From the NCBI GenBank assembly GCA_963752255.1, contig CAVVXT010000010.1, positions 32,001 through 96,000 on the forward strand: DNA of 64,000 nt. The letters run 5' to 3'. Source of the DNA: Nitrososphaeria archaeon. Lineage in GTDB: Archaea; Thermoproteota; Nitrososphaeria; JACIWG01. The notes below the pieces were generated by a model. The model saw only the letters and a list, made by a program, of their open reading frames with translations, searched no databases and had not been told where the DNA came from. Of this stretch, positions 49,908-61,062 are shown piece after piece (positions within the stretch are counted from its first letter, which is position 1; each line of letters opens with the position of its first letter). The position numbers and the translations under genes were made by a program.

Positions 49908-50216
49908 TTGGTGGAGATTTGTTCCGTTTGTGGGTTACCTAAGGACCTTTGTGTCTGTGAACAAATAAGCAAAGAAAGTGCTAAGATTACTGTACGTTTG
50001 GAGGTTAGAAGGTTTGGTAAACAGACGACTGTTATCGAAGGCATAGATCCGAAGTATAACGATCTGCAGAAAGTCGCCCAGCAGCTCAAGACAGCTTTAG
50101 CTTGTGGTGGTACAGCTAAGAACGGCACCATCCTTTTGCAGGGCGATCACAGGGATGTTATCAAAGAAAGGCTCGTGCAGCTAGGATTTAACAACAATGC
50201 TGTAGAAGTTCAATAG
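49908..50216 (+). CDS. sui1: Translation initiation factor aIF1 (SUI1 family)
   Basis: CSVCGLPKDLCVCE, LACGGT and LQGDHR. Confidence 0.95.
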   Translation: MVEICSVCGLPKDLCVCEQISKESAKITVRLEVRRFGKQTTVIEGIDPKYNDLQKVAQQLKTALACGGTAKNGTILLQGDHRDVIKERLVQLGFNNNAVEVQ

Positions 50217-50223
50217 GGGAAAA

Positions 50224-50406
50224 ATGTTGAGTGAAGAACCAAAGATACGTAGAGTATCCGTCAGCAAAGGAAGAATCAAATATTGTCCAACGTGTTTGAG
50301 TAAACTAAAACCGGTGCTTGGTCTCCACGGTTGGTTATTACCGCAGGAATACGAATGCCCAGTTTGTGGCTACAGAGGGCCCATAGGTTTAGAAAAAGAA
50401 GAATAG
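50224..50406 (+). CDS. Small zinc-ribbon protein
   Basis: CPTC...GWLLPQEYECPVCGYRGPI. Confidence 0.8.
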   Translation: MLSEEPKIRRVSVSKGRIKYCPTCLSKLKPVLGLHGWLLPQEYECPVCGYRGPIGLEKEE

Positions 50407-50519
50407 AACAATCTGTTCAGAACTATGTAAAGGAGCCTGCTTAGGAGATTGTCCAAAAATTTACAAAAGTATTTCCTAATTACTTCCCAAATTGCAAAAT
50501 TTTATTTAATCATTTACCT

Positions 50520-51518
50520 GTGGTAGACTTGTTGAAGAATCCTGTAAACCAGAAAAACACAGCGGAACGGTTCTTTAGCATAGTGGTTATCATCTTGTTA
50601 CTCTTGGTGATAGCAACCATGATATTATCGTTTATCCTAGGCCCCTATGTCATATTCAATACAGACGTTGGTCAACAGGTGGAAGGGGAAGCGCAAGAAT
50701 ATTATTTATTTATTATAGGTGGCCTGTTGGCCTTACCCTTCACAGTTGGCATTCAACAACAGTTTGTTTTCGAGTGGGTCATATGTCTCTCAATATTTAC
50801 AATTCTTGTATTCTCAGGTAAGGAGAATGTATTAAAGTCCTTAAAAGAAGCTTACACAAATGGAACTCTGAAGCTCTTCGATAATAATCTTTCAGCAGCA
50901 ACTTTAATCTTCGCTGTCACAATCGTCATCGTACTTGTAATTGACACTTTACAAAATCAGATAGGAATATCCAGTGGGTCGCTACCCGTAACAAATCCTG
51001 CAGAATTCCTAACCCTAGTCTCATGGGCTCCGATATCAGAAGAGATAGGTTTTAGGCTGTCAATAATAGGATTGTTCTCTCTATTGTCAATCCAAGGTTT
51101 GCGAGTCAAAATTCCCATCCTAGAGTATCTAATTGCTCCTGTGCCAACGCTAAGAAAAATAATTAATGTAGAAGATGGTAAAAGGAGAGTGAGAAATGTG
51201 TTCATAACCTTAATCATATCTTCAGCCCTGTTATTTGGTTTCTTACACATCACTCCTGGTTCCGGATGGGAGATAGGAAAATTTAGTGAAGCGACTGCTG
51301 CGGGTATTATGCTAGGTATAGCTTACTCTTACTATGGTATTGGAGCCGCAATACTGGTCCATTGGGGTTTTAACTATTATTCAGATGCAATTTATTTTTT
51401 TGAAGAGCAAGTTTCTAACCTTGGTCTTTCATCTTTCGTCGACATCGTTGTTTTTACGTTGGGTACGGTCATAATAATTTATTACGCTTCAAGTTTCCTG
51501 ATTCATAGAATTAGGTAA
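50520..51518 (+). CDS. CPBP family intramembrane metalloprotease
   Basis: APISEEIGFR, FGFLH and HWGFN. Confidence 0.88.
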   Translation: MVDLLKNPVNQKNTAERFFSIVVIILLLLVIATMILSFILGPYVIFNTDVGQQVEGEAQEYYLFIIGGLLALPFTVGIQQQFVFEWVICLSIFTILVFSGKENVLKSLKEAYTNGTLKLFDNNLSAATLIFAVTIVIVLVIDTLQNQIGISSGSLPVTNPAEFLTLVSWAPISEEIGFRLSIIGLFSLLSIQGLRVKIPILEYLIAPVPTLRKIINVEDGKRRVRNVFITLIISSALLFGFLHITPGSGWEIGKFSEATAAGIMLGIAYSYYGIGAAILVHWGFNYYSDAIYFFEEQVSNLGLSSFVDIVVFTLGTVIIIYYASSFLIHRIR

Positions 51519-51558
51519 TAGTTTATATCAGCTACACCTTGTATTCTTGGGGACACAA

Positions 51559-52053
51559 ATGAGCATATTAGGAAAAAGTGAAATCGTTAAGTTGCAGAAG
51601 GAGTATAGAATATTATATCCCTTCAACGATCAACTTTTGGACGGAGACGGATATATATTGACGGTTAGAAACAGTGTTGTTTTAAACTATCTTGAACACA
51701 AGAACTTGATCTCGAAAGAAATAATCATGCTTCCAACAAACATCGTCGCGCACCTTACAGCGAAAAGTAGATTTGGCAGGCTAGGCCTTTCTTTCCTTAA
51801 CGCGGCAAAAGTTCACAGCGGGTTCGTGGGAAGATTGGCGTTAGAGATGGTAAACCTATCAAATGAGAGGGCGCCCATAACTATAAGACAGAACGACCCC
51901 TTTATGCATATTGAATTCCTTCAGCGCCTGGGAGAGCCCGATCCTTACAAAGGAGAATATCAATTTCAATTCATGACGTTGGAGGAAGTAGATGAAGCGG
52001 TTCCCTTTCTAAAAAAGATTTTCCCAGATTTTAAGAGTCATCCTAAAAAATAA
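51559..52053 (+). CDS. dCTP deaminase / trimeric dUTPase superfamily protein
   Basis: KSRFGRLGL, VHSGFVGRLALE and PYKGEYQFQ. Confidence 0.8.
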   Translation: MSILGKSEIVKLQKEYRILYPFNDQLLDGDGYILTVRNSVVLNYLEHKNLISKEIIMLPTNIVAHLTAKSRFGRLGLSFLNAAKVHSGFVGRLALEMVNLSNERAPITIRQNDPFMHIEFLQRLGEPDPYKGEYQFQFMTLEEVDEAVPFLKKIFPDFKSHPKK

Positions 52054-52246
52054 AATGGGATAAGATAGTAGAAACTGTATTATCGACTGTCCTAGAATAT
52101 TTGTAATAGTTAATATATGCCCTGCGATTTTCGCAAATAATTAATGCATTAAAGATTTCTTCTTCTATCTATTCTTCTTTCTTCTAAGAAAGAGGTGTCA
52201 TTAGTTGGCTTTTTTTCCGTCGACTTTAGCAACCGGTACGATCTAT

Positions 52247-53200
52247 CTATTCGACAACTTTCAATTCTTCAGGTGTTAGAATATTCCTTAATCCCTTGTA
52301 CCTGTTTCTTATAGTGACTTCAGTGACTCCTGCTGCTTCTGCGACGTCTTTTTGAGTTTTATTTTCTCCTTCAAGCACGCATGATACATAAAGTGCCGCC
52401 GCAGCTAAACCCATTGGATCTTTTCCGGCAGAAGATAGGCTTTCCTTGGTTCTTTTAATAATATCAAGCGCTCTCCTCTTTGTCTTTTCAGACAATCCAG
52501 CTGCGCTTGCGATCCTTGATACGGTTTTTAGTGGATCGGCTACCGGCATCTTTTTCTCCAACTCTCTGACAAGTAAGCGATAACAACGTGCGATATCCTT
52601 CTTTTTGATGTTACTTGCTGCGCTGACATCTTTCAATGTACGCGGAGTCTCTGTTTCACGACATGCAGCGTAGAGGGAGGCTGCAATAAGAGCAGAAATT
52701 GAACGACCCCTAACAAGACCTTTATCAAGTGCCTGCCTATAAATGTAAGCTGCTCTTTCAACGACCGCATCGCCGACACTAAGTTTATCCGCTAACCTAT
52801 CGAGCTCACTGAATGCCTGCCTCAGGTTGCGATCGACAGGTTCGTGAACTTGGCTTCTACCGTCCCATGTTCGCAGCCTATCAAATGTTGTCTTCATCGC
52901 TGATGAAATGCTCTTGCCAGAAGCGTCCTTGTCAATCTGACTGATTATCGTCGATAAGCCCATGTCGTGCATGGCTAATGAAGATGGCACACCTGTCCTA
53001 CTACGGCTTTCTTTCTCTTCTTTAGAGAAAGCTCTCCATTCAGGACCAGCTTCTTCAATTTTCTCCTTTATTACGAAACCGCAGTGACTGCAGAATATTT
53101 CACCCCTCGCACTGTCCAGAATCAGTTTAGTACGATTACATCGTGGACATTTTTCTGTAAGATAAGTAAGGTTTCCCCCAGTAGATTTATCTTCACTCAT
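52247..53200 (-). CDS. tfb: Transcription initiation factor IIB
   Basis: Zn ribbon CPRC..CSHCG, GPEWRAF, RGRS, GKDPMGLAAA and VTEVTIRNRYK. Confidence 0.98.
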   Translation of the reverse strand: MSEDKSTGGNLTYLTEKCPRCNRTKLILDSARGEIFCSHCGFVIKEKIEEAGPEWRAFSKEEKESRSRTGVPSSLAMHDMGLSTIISQIDKDASGKSISSAMKTTFDRLRTWDGRSQVHEPVDRNLRQAFSELDRLADKLSVGDAVVERAAYIYRQALDKGLVRGRSISALIAASLYAACRETETPRTLKDVSAASNIKKKDIARCYRLLVRELEKKMPVADPLKTVSRIASAAGLSEKTKRRALDIIKRTKESLSSAGKDPMGLAAAALYVSCVLEGENKTQKDVAEAAGVTEVTIRNRYKGLRNILTPEELKVVE

Positions 53201-53312
53201 AACTTTTCACCAAAATTTATATACAACAATACGCTAAAATAGATGGTATATATACTTTTCTTTAATTATGATTGAATAAAACTTTTTTTGTCGCACAATT
53301 CTTACTTAAAAT

Positions 53313-54335
53313 GTGAGAGGTATGTTAGAGGACATAAGGGATTATGTCATTACCAATTTTGCAGAAAACCCTTCCATTCTAGTGGGATGTAAGATTGAAA
53401 AATGGAGTTGGCCAGTCTGTGGATATGATGTCATAGTCTTCACGAACAACGTAAAAAATTATTATTTAGGGACTGTGTCAGAGGATATTTTAAATATATA
53501 CTGTCACTCACTAGAGGAAATTGATAGCAAGAAGAACCAAGAACTTGATATAATATTATCAAATGCGGTAATAATAAACGACCCGAACCTGTCAGTGGCG
53601 GCATACAAGGAAAAGCTCTTGAAAAGAAAGAGTGAATCATATTTGGAAGCTTTCGAAGAATACTTGCTGAAGCTTTTAAAAAATTTGACATATTCCGAGG
53701 AGGCATACAACTTTGGGGCTTATGCTTCATCTGCTTTTTGGATTCTTACAGTCGGTTACGATGCAGCAGCAGCAATCAATCTTCTTAACAGAATCCTGAC
53801 TTCACCATCTCACCTAATGCAACAAGTTCGTGAAAACCCCCTTTTTAAGGGGACAAATTTCTTCGTCGACATAGCTGGATTTCTTGGGTTAGAACACGCT
53901 ACAACCGCTTCATCAAAAAGAGTGTTCTCGGTTCTTGAAACCTTTAAGAAGCTTGCCGATTTTTATAAGTTCGAAGAGCTTCCACCAACAGAATTTCCTA
54001 GAACAAAAATACTCTTATCAAATATTAGAATGGAAGAAGTATCACGCAAGTGCGATTTCGCAAATTCACAGAACATGCCGCTTAATGCGTATGTAGCTTC
54101 TATAAAATGGTTCATTGACTCTACTGTCGAATTATACCTGATGATCTGTTCAATGGAGAACACTTCACAGTTTAAACCAAGGATCATTGAAGAACTTGAA
54201 AAAAGGAGAAACGTAATGGGGGGAGGTGTGAGCATCTCTAATCCAATATTATTGGACATGAACCCTTCCATATTGAGAAAAAAAATTGATGATGCGAAGA
54301 GGATACTTTATTGGCTAAGGAGAAACAAAATTTAG
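53313..54335 (+). CDS. Hypothetical protein, divergent nucleotidyltransferase-like N-domain plus helical domain
   Basis: ILVGC...CGYDVIVF resembles the pol-beta hG[GS]...DxD motif. Confidence 0.6.
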   Translation: MRGMLEDIRDYVITNFAENPSILVGCKIEKWSWPVCGYDVIVFTNNVKNYYLGTVSEDILNIYCHSLEEIDSKKNQELDIILSNAVIINDPNLSVAAYKEKLLKRKSESYLEAFEEYLLKLLKNLTYSEEAYNFGAYASSAFWILTVGYDAAAAINLLNRILTSPSHLMQQVRENPLFKGTNFFVDIAGFLGLEHATTASSKRVFSVLETFKKLADFYKFEELPPTEFPRTKILLSNIRMEEVSRKCDFANSQNMPLNAYVASIKWFIDSTVELYLMICSMENTSQFKPRIIEELEKRRNVMGGGVSISNPILLDMNPSILRKKIDDAKRILYWLRRNKI

Positions 54336-54817
54336 AACTTGTAACCTATTTTTCTTAGAAATTCTTTTCTCTCTTTTCTATCCTCCTCAGATTCGATGCC
54401 AAGCGGAGTGAAGCCATCAATAACACCCAAAATGCCCCGACCCTGGTCTGTTTCAGCGACTATTACCTGTAGGTTGTTTGCGGTGGCAGCAAAAATACTG
54501 CACACTTCATAGACGTTCTTTATTTTTTCTAGTACATTGATAGGATAAGCGTTCTTAAGATAAATTATAAATGTATGTCCGCAAGATAGTTCTAAAGCAT
54601 TTTTACTAGCTAAAGCTAAAAGATTTTCATCGTTTCCTTCACACCTGATTAATCTCTTACCTGAAGCCTCGCAAAAGGCTAGCGCAAACCTAATATCAGG
54701 AACACTGTTGATTAGAGCTTCGTAAATATCCTCGACCGATTTTATAAAATGCGTAGCGCCCAAAATTACGTTTAAACCTTCAGGAACATCTATTCTCACA
54801 ACTTTTAATTCCATCAT
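54332..54817 (-). CDS. Adenosine-specific kinase / DUF355 family protein
   Basis: [23 protein letters not shown] and [10 protein letters not shown]. Confidence 0.9.
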   Translation of the reverse strand: MMELKVVRIDVPEGLNVILGATHFIKSVEDIYEALINSVPDIRFALAFCEASGKRLIRCEGNDENLLALASKNALELSCGHTFIIYLKNAYPINVLEKIKNVYEVCSIFAATANNLQVIVAETDQGRGILGVIDGFTPLGIESEEDRKERKEFLRKIGYKF

Positions 54818-55025
54818 TCCAATTTATGGAGAAATTAAAGAAATAAGTCTTTTGCTTCAGTGACTTATTAATCGTAAATTAACATAGAGGGTATGTTGGA
54901 AATATTTTTTAATCTTAGATTAAATCACTTACCTAATAAAACATATTCGAAACAAAAATATGCTACATCGACATAATAATCCGAGGTACAATACATGCGT
55001 CGTTAAAGTCTGTGCCTTAAAAGTC

Positions 55026-55979
55026 TCATTTAAGAAAGGAATTTATGACGTTGATCCATGCTTGTGAAGTTATAATATTATTATATCCCCCACCTCCTAC
55101 AGCGAGGGGGCCATAACACTTTTTTTCTATAGACAGCTTTTTTAGAAAATCTGCGATATCAGCGTGAACTTTTGGCGTTAGGTTTAGATGGGTTAGAGGG
55201 TCACCTTTTAAGGAGTCGCCGCCGCACTGGAAAATGATGAATTCCGGGTTGATATTTGAAATGAAGTCTATTGCTTTTTCAAACTTGGAGTAGAAAACTT
55301 TGTCATCAGATCCCGCAGGTAAAACTATGTTTAACTTTGTCCCAAAGGCGGCTCCTTCACCTCTTTCCTCTTCTTTTCCAGTACCTGGATAGAGAGTGCG
55401 CCAATCTTCGTGTACATCAACTATCCAGACATTTTTATCCTCCAAGAATTCATAAAATATACCGTCCCCATGATGTGCATCAATATCGACATAGAGAAAA
55501 GATTCTATGAAGTACTTTTTGCGTAAATATTCAATAACAACGCCGACGTCGTTGAAGACGCAAAAACCGGCAGCTGAATCCCTCTTTGCATGATGCAGTC
55601 CCCCCATGGGGTTAAACGCTGTTCTAACTTCTTTTCTCATAATCAGTTCTGCACATTCGATTGTAGTTCCAACAACGTATTCTGCTGCATCAAAAACGCC
55701 TTTGTAGGCAGGCGTATCACCATAGTCTAGATAACCGTAGCCGTTGATAGAAGCTTTTCTGACATATTCGATATAATCTTTTGTATGGAAAAGTCCTATA
55801 ATATTCTCGTCAGCCATTACAGGTGCTACAAGCATGAGATCGTCCATTTTAGGACTGTCTTTGAACTCGTTATCGAACGTTCGATAGAAGACTCTTATCC
55901 TATTGAAGTTCATGGGATGGTCTATACCAAAAGAATATTGAAGTAGGGCATCACCGTACGCGACTCCAACTTTTCTCAT
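55026..55979 (-). CDS. Histone deacetylase family / AcuC-like protein
   Basis: HPM, GGLHHA, GFCVFND, DIDAHHGDG, YPGTG and GGGGY. Confidence 0.93.
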   Translation of the reverse strand: MRKVGVAYGDALLQYSFGIDHPMNFNRIRVFYRTFDNEFKDSPKMDDLMLVAPVMADENIIGLFHTKDYIEYVRKASINGYGYLDYGDTPAYKGVFDAAEYVVGTTIECAELIMRKEVRTAFNPMGGLHHAKRDSAAGFCVFNDVGVVIEYLRKKYFIESFLYVDIDAHHGDGIFYEFLEDKNVWIVDVHEDWRTLYPGTGKEEERGEGAAFGTKLNIVLPAGSDDKVFYSKFEKAIDFISNINPEFIIFQCGGDSLKGDPLTHLNLTPKVHADIADFLKKLSIEKKCYGPLAVGGGGYNNIITSQAWINVINSFLK

Positions 55980-56093
55980 GCATAAGTATATTGTTTAAAG
56001 GAATTTAAAAATTTTTATAGTATAATTTCTTGTAATAAAATATTGGAGATTTGTAAAAGAAAAAAAACAGAAGCGTGTTGGCGCTAGGTTAAT

Positions 56094-56726
56094 CTAACTG
56101 GATCCTTTATAGTTTAGTATTTTAACGATTTTTTCCCCGTCCTCAAAGTTCGTTAACCGCATGAATGAATATAGTTCTGGATCAGAAGTTTTGAGTTCAT
56201 TTTCCACAGAAAGATAAAGGATATCATTAAACAAGTCTATAAAATCGGATGAATAATCGTTAAACATTTTAATCTTTAAAACCTCCTTCAAAGCCAAAGT
56301 CTTAAATGATACCAGAAATTGATCAACACTTTTATCATTCCATCTAGGGATCGCGCATTCAAAATTGCCTATGTTATAGCCAATTGTATAGAGAACGCTC
56401 GGTTTAAGCAGAGGTCTGTCTCCACTGACGATGAAGATTATAGGGGTATCGACATATTCCAAAGATGTACCAAGTATTTCTAAGAAAGGCTTATCCTTGT
56501 TCAATATTATACGTGCACCAAAAGAATCAATTCTTTCTAAAAGCTCGAAAGGGGGATCAATAGATGATATAACAAGTGTGCTGTCGAATACCGTCCAGAG
56601 AGCGTCTAACATGTACTCAAGCACCGATGAATCCGAGGTTGTACTGTAGAAGCGATTGGGCAAAGGCAAATATGTTAATTCGTTAGCTATGATTATACTT
56701 GTTACTTTAGATACATTTGTACTCAA
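56094..56726 (-). CDS. MobA-like NTP transferase (degenerate N-terminus)
   Basis: VSGDRPLL, AIPRW and DPELYSF motifs; the LAGG motif is absent. Confidence 0.6.
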   Translation of the reverse strand: MSTNVSKVTSIIIANELTYLPLPNRFYSTTSDSSVLEYMLDALWTVFDSTLVISSIDPPFELLERIDSFGARIILNKDKPFLEILGTSLEYVDTPIIFIVSGDRPLLKPSVLYTIGYNIGNFECAIPRWNDKSVDQFLVSFKTLALKEVLKIKMFNDYSSDFIDLFNDILYLSVENELKTSDPELYSFMRLTNFEDGEKIVKILNYKGSS

Positions 56727-56778
56727 GAAATCACTTAGCAGACCACAATAATATTTCTAATATTATTAAGCTTTACTT

Positions 56779-57579
56779 CTAATCGTTAAACCCGAACTTT
56801 AGTACATCACCTTCTCTAATATGAAAATATTTTGACGCATTGCCTGCACTTATAGATATTTCTAAGCATTCAAAACTATCAAATAATGCAAGTGGAGCGC
56901 CTTCATCGACCTTTGAATAAGATTCCATAAGTGGCATTCTGTAAGATCTAGAACCAAAAAACAGTCTGACAGAATTTGCAATATCTAAGCGAGCTTCACC
57001 AAGGAAGGTATGAGTAACACTAGTAACAATATTACCAAAGGTATCGACAAAGGCCACTTCAGCTACGACAAAGTCTCCTTCAAAATACGGTTCGTGAAGG
57101 ACCAGAGGCTCTATGGAATTGGTTTTTGGACCCAAACTGGTGATTGGAAGACCCTTCGAGACATATCCTGCAACAGGAGCAAACACATTCCTCCCATTAA
57201 AAGTTTTGGATAAATTATTCAGCATATATCTCGAATTTTCTATAACAACGGCGCTATCGATTACATCTTCAGATATAGCGGGGGACATAAGACCGTTATC
57301 AGGACCAATAAAAAAATATTTACTTGTCTTTATCGCGATAGCCCTCCTATTAGAACCTACTCTGGGATCGACAACACACATAAATATAGAATCTTTGGGG
57401 AAAAACTTGTATGCCGATTTTAAGAGGAAAGCACCTTGCTTTACGTTCTGAGGAAATACATCATTCGAAAGGTCAACGATGGTTGCATCAGGGTTTTTTC
57501 CTAAGATAACGCCCTTCACTTCTCCGACATAAATGCTGTTGCCTCCAAAATCCGTGAGAAGAGTGATAATCCTTTTCAT
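56779..57579 (-). CDS. SAM hydrolase / SAM-dependent halogenase family (DUF62)
   Basis: ITLLTDFG, VVDP.VGS.R, GPDNG, TF.GR.VFAP and DTFGN. Confidence 0.92.
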   Translation of the reverse strand: MKRIITLLTDFGGNSIYVGEVKGVILGKNPDATIVDLSNDVFPQNVKQGAFLLKSAYKFFPKDSIFMCVVDPRVGSNRRAIAIKTSKYFFIGPDNGLMSPAISEDVIDSAVVIENSRYMLNNLSKTFNGRNVFAPVAGYVSKGLPITSLGPKTNSIEPLVLHEPYFEGDFVVAEVAFVDTFGNIVTSVTHTFLGEARLDIANSVRLFFGSRSYRMPLMESYSKVDEGAPLALFDSFECLEISISAGNASKYFHIREGDVLKFGFND

Positions 57580-57625
57580 TTAAGTTAGTTCTTTTACCTT
57601 ACTTATTAAAGGATTATGTGTCTTG

Positions 57626-58343
57626 TTAAGATAGCTTGTAATATACTCTTTTTCTTCCCTTACCTTTGTTTTCGACTTTTTCTATAGTTATACCTGCAAT
57701 CTCCTTGATGTCTGCTACGTGTGGACCACCGTCTGCTTGAACGTCAATGTCTGGAATTTCCACGATCCTTAACACATTAATGTTTGGTGGTGCACGCTGT
57801 GCAAGCTTTACTATCCCAGGAATCTTCAATGCTTCTTCACGCGATAGAAAATATATTTTTACTTTCGCACCCCTACTAATATCTTGGTTCGTCTCCCTTA
57901 CTGCTTCATCAAAAACCGATTTATCTGACGATTCTAGGTCTAAAGTCATCTTTTGCATGCTCGGTATCTATGTGCCCACCTGTTACGTACACACCATATT
58001 TTTTGAAAAGAATAGATGAAAGAATGTGAGCTGCAGTATGCAACTTCATAAGTTTATACCTTCTTTCCCAGTCAATTGATCCTGTTATATTATCGCCTAT
58101 TTTGATCTTTGGAACCTCTTCAATATTGTGTAAAACGTTTCCCGTCACTTTGTCTTCTGTTACTTGTACGATTCTATAGGTTTCAGATATTGTGCTAATA
58201 GAACCTAGGTCACAGTCTACACCACCTGTTAGAGGGTGGAATGCTGTTCTATCTAAAACAACTTTATTTTCTTGAACATTCAATACCTTTGCGTTAAACT
58301 CCTTAAGATAGCTGTCCTTCTGAAACAACAATTCTGTCAACAC
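57626..58343 (-). CDS. alaXM: Alanyl-tRNA editing protein AlaX-M, split by one extra base near 57941
   Basis: LDRTAFHP..GG, MKLHTAAH, ADGGPHV and KGKGRKR; joins as AKDDF-DLESSDK if one base is removed. Confidence 0.9.
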
Positions 58344-58602
58344 TTTTCACTCCAAAAAGAAAAACAAGAACAAGATATAAACTTAGTTAGCTCTTTATAG
58401 CGTAACAATTTCATTTCGTTGACAACGCCAATTTTGCTGACTTCACAGTACATTAACAAAACCAACTTAGTTTTCGAATGAGATAATAAAGATTATGCAT
58501 TAGGGGGAGAATTGTGTTGGCATAAGTATTTGATGTAGTTTAGGGTATAGGAATAAATAAAAGAAAGATGGAGTTCATGTACATTTGATGATTTTAATTT
58601 TT

Positions 58603-59541
58603 TTACATCTTAGAAATATATTCGTCCGCTGAAATAGCAGCCTTAGCGCCGTCGCCTACGTTAATAGAAATTTGCCCCCACGGTCTGTCCCTATTGTGAA
58701 CTGCACAGTCGCCAGCGGCAAAAATCCCTTTGATGGATGTCATCATTTCTCCGTCGACTTTAATAAAACCTTGTTTGTCTTTTTCTACCTCGAACACGTC
58801 AGTACAAGGTGTCACCCCTATGTACACGAAAACACCGTTCACGTTCAGCGTCAACTGCTTCTCTGCATTCTTCCTGTTTAAGGTGAGGCTTTCGACTTTT
58901 TTTGAACCGTTCACTGAAATAACATCTGTAGACCAAAGAAATTTGATATTTTTGATCTGAAAAGCTTTCTTCTGTAACGCCTTCTCCGCTCTTAAACTAT
59001 CTCGTCTATGTATGACATAAACCTTCTTAACTAGACGTGAGAGATAAATAGCTTCTTTTATGGCCCTGTCGCCACCGCCTACAACCGCAACAGTACTACC
59101 TTTAAAAAATTGGGCGTCGCAAAGGGCACAGTAAGAAATTCCTTTGCCACTGAACTCTTGCCCACCTGGAACCATCAATTTTTTAGGTTCCGTTCCGGTA
59201 GCTATTATAACAGTTTTACCAGTGTATTCAACGCCATCTGTAACGACTATTTTACACTTCCCTTTATCGACTATCCGCTGAACTTCCTTTATTTCAATGG
59301 GAACATCGTATGCCTTAACATGGTCTACAAATTTTTGGGCAAGATCTTGGCCAGAAATTTTTTGGAACCCTGGATAATTTTCTACTATATCTGTAACAAC
59401 CACCTGCCCCCCAAGTCCAAGCTTATCTATTAGTATACAACTCTGCACACTTCGTGCCGCGTAAAGAGCGGCAACAAGCCCTGCCGGCCCTGCACCGATG
59501 ATTATAATATCAAATTTTCTTATCATCTTTTCTTCTAGCAT
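58603..59541 (-). CDS. trxB: Thioredoxin-disulfide reductase (second copy)
   Basis: GAGPAG, VENYPG, SYCALCD, GGGD.A, HRRD and GIFAAGD. Confidence 0.92.
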   Translation of the reverse strand: MLEEKMIRKFDIIIIGAGPAGLVAALYAARSVQSCILIDKLGLGGQVVVTDIVENYPGFQKISGQDLAQKFVDHVKAYDVPIEIKEVQRIVDKGKCKIVVTDGVEYTGKTVIIATGTEPKKLMVPGGQEFSGKGISYCALCDAQFFKGSTVAVVGGGDRAIKEAIYLSRLVKKVYVIHRRDSLRAEKALQKKAFQIKNIKFLWSTDVISVNGSKKVESLTLNRKNAEKQLTLNVNGVFVYIGVTPCTDVFEVEKDKQGFIKVDGEMMTSIKGIFAAGDCAVHNRDRPWGQISINVGDGAKAAISADEYISKM

Positions 59542-59968
59542 ACAACAATATTTGTTTGAATTATCATTTAACTCTTTCCACTACGAAGAAAATTACAATA
59601 GAAATCAATATTCCACCTACGAAAAAAGTTGGTTGCGATAACATAAGTCCTCTAGCAATAACAATCTTCAGTAGATTATGCAATCTTTTTCGAATGATTC
59701 TACAAGTTTAACTAAGTTCATTAAATATCCTGTAGGGGTTAGATAAAGGTACTTCAAGAGTTTGCTTACATTATAGGGTCTTTGCGGTCCCCCCCAATGC
59801 AATCATAAAATGGAATCGCAATTTTCCACTTACAGCTTCAAAAATGTTTGTGAGATCCTCTTCCAAGTTCTCCAAAGAGTGCCCTACCCAGAATTTATTA
59901 AGTATACAAATTTAAGCTTAGTGTAAACTTTAAGTTTATGCACCAAACTTAGAAAAGTAAAGAGATAG

Positions 59969-60736
59969 TTAACCCTGTAAACCTCTAATAATAAGACAAT
60001 CTTTCTCTGAAATCTTTGCAGAATCTGATGACACGTTATCACACATTCTTACTTGCGCGTTCCGAATAAGCACAAAAGGCACTCTTTCAGTTGTTTCACC
60101 CATCGCTAAATGAGCCATAGAAGCTAAATCATCAATAACGTTTATGAAAGTTATTTTTAATGACTTACCAAAAAGGTCTTTACTACCTCTACAGTCTATG
60201 ATAGGATCTATCCCCGCAGAACCTATGGCAATGCCGACGGTGCCTCGTCTCATAGGATTAACTCTACTGTCGACAATTATAACACCAACTTTTTTGCCGG
60301 TTTTTTTCTCCAATTTCTTCCTAATTTCGTTGGCTAAAGAATCTGGATCGTTTGGCCATAGAGCTGCTTTCCCTTCGGGTGCATTCTTATGATCCACTCC
60401 TGCATTTGCAATAAGGATACCATTCTTGACTGTGAGTATTGCCCTGAACACACCGCCATAAATCTTATCTGATTCGTCCAAAACTACCTGTACAAACCCC
60501 GGTTCAAGTCCATATTTCTTAGAAAGTCTTACTGCTTCATCGGACGACTTAACTCGCAAGTCAACTATTCTATCCTCCGAAACTGCTAGTACTTTATCTG
60601 CTATGGCAACAATGTCAGAGTCTCTTAGAACTAGACGCTTATTCTTTAATAATGACATTATTACATCTACAACGTTGTCTCCTCTGTTGATTAAAGGTGA
60701 CATAAGTGGGATTACTTCAATTATATTTGGAGCCAA
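59969..60736 (-). CDS. cofE: Coenzyme F420-0:L-glutamate ligase
   Basis: ANAGVD..N, P.DPD, DS...PMRRG..G.AIG, D.RG..DLFG and MGE. Confidence 0.9.
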   Translation of the reverse strand: MAPNIIEVIPLMSPLINRGDNVVDVIMSLLKNKRLVLRDSDIVAIADKVLAVSEDRIVDLRVKSSDEAVRLSKKYGLEPGFVQVVLDESDKIYGGVFRAILTVKNGILIANAGVDHKNAPEGKAALWPNDPDSLANEIRKKLEKKTGKKVGVIIVDSRVNPMRRGTVGIAIGSAGIDPIIDCRGSKDLFGKSLKITFINVIDDLASMAHLAMGETTERVPFVLIRNAQVRMCDNVSSDSAKISEKDCLIIRGLQG

Positions 60737-61062
60737 ATTCCTCTGCTCGTCCTTTCTGAAAGCTGTATAAAGATGTTTCCCCGAACACTCGTTTTACTTA
60801 AAGTAAATAGTTCTTATAAGATCTTGGAAAATACTGAAAAAACAGAAGGACGGTGATTACAAGGACATCTAATGGATCTTGTGATAACTAATTCCTCATA
60901 AAAGCGAACGAAATTTTAAAATTACCCATACTTACCAAATAAGATAGAAACAGATTTTCCGGACAGAAACCATTAAAAGCATTAAAAGTATATTTCATAT
61001 CATCTTACAACTCTAGTAAAATTCTTTAATAAGAACAAACATACTCAGTTGAGAAAAGCAGC

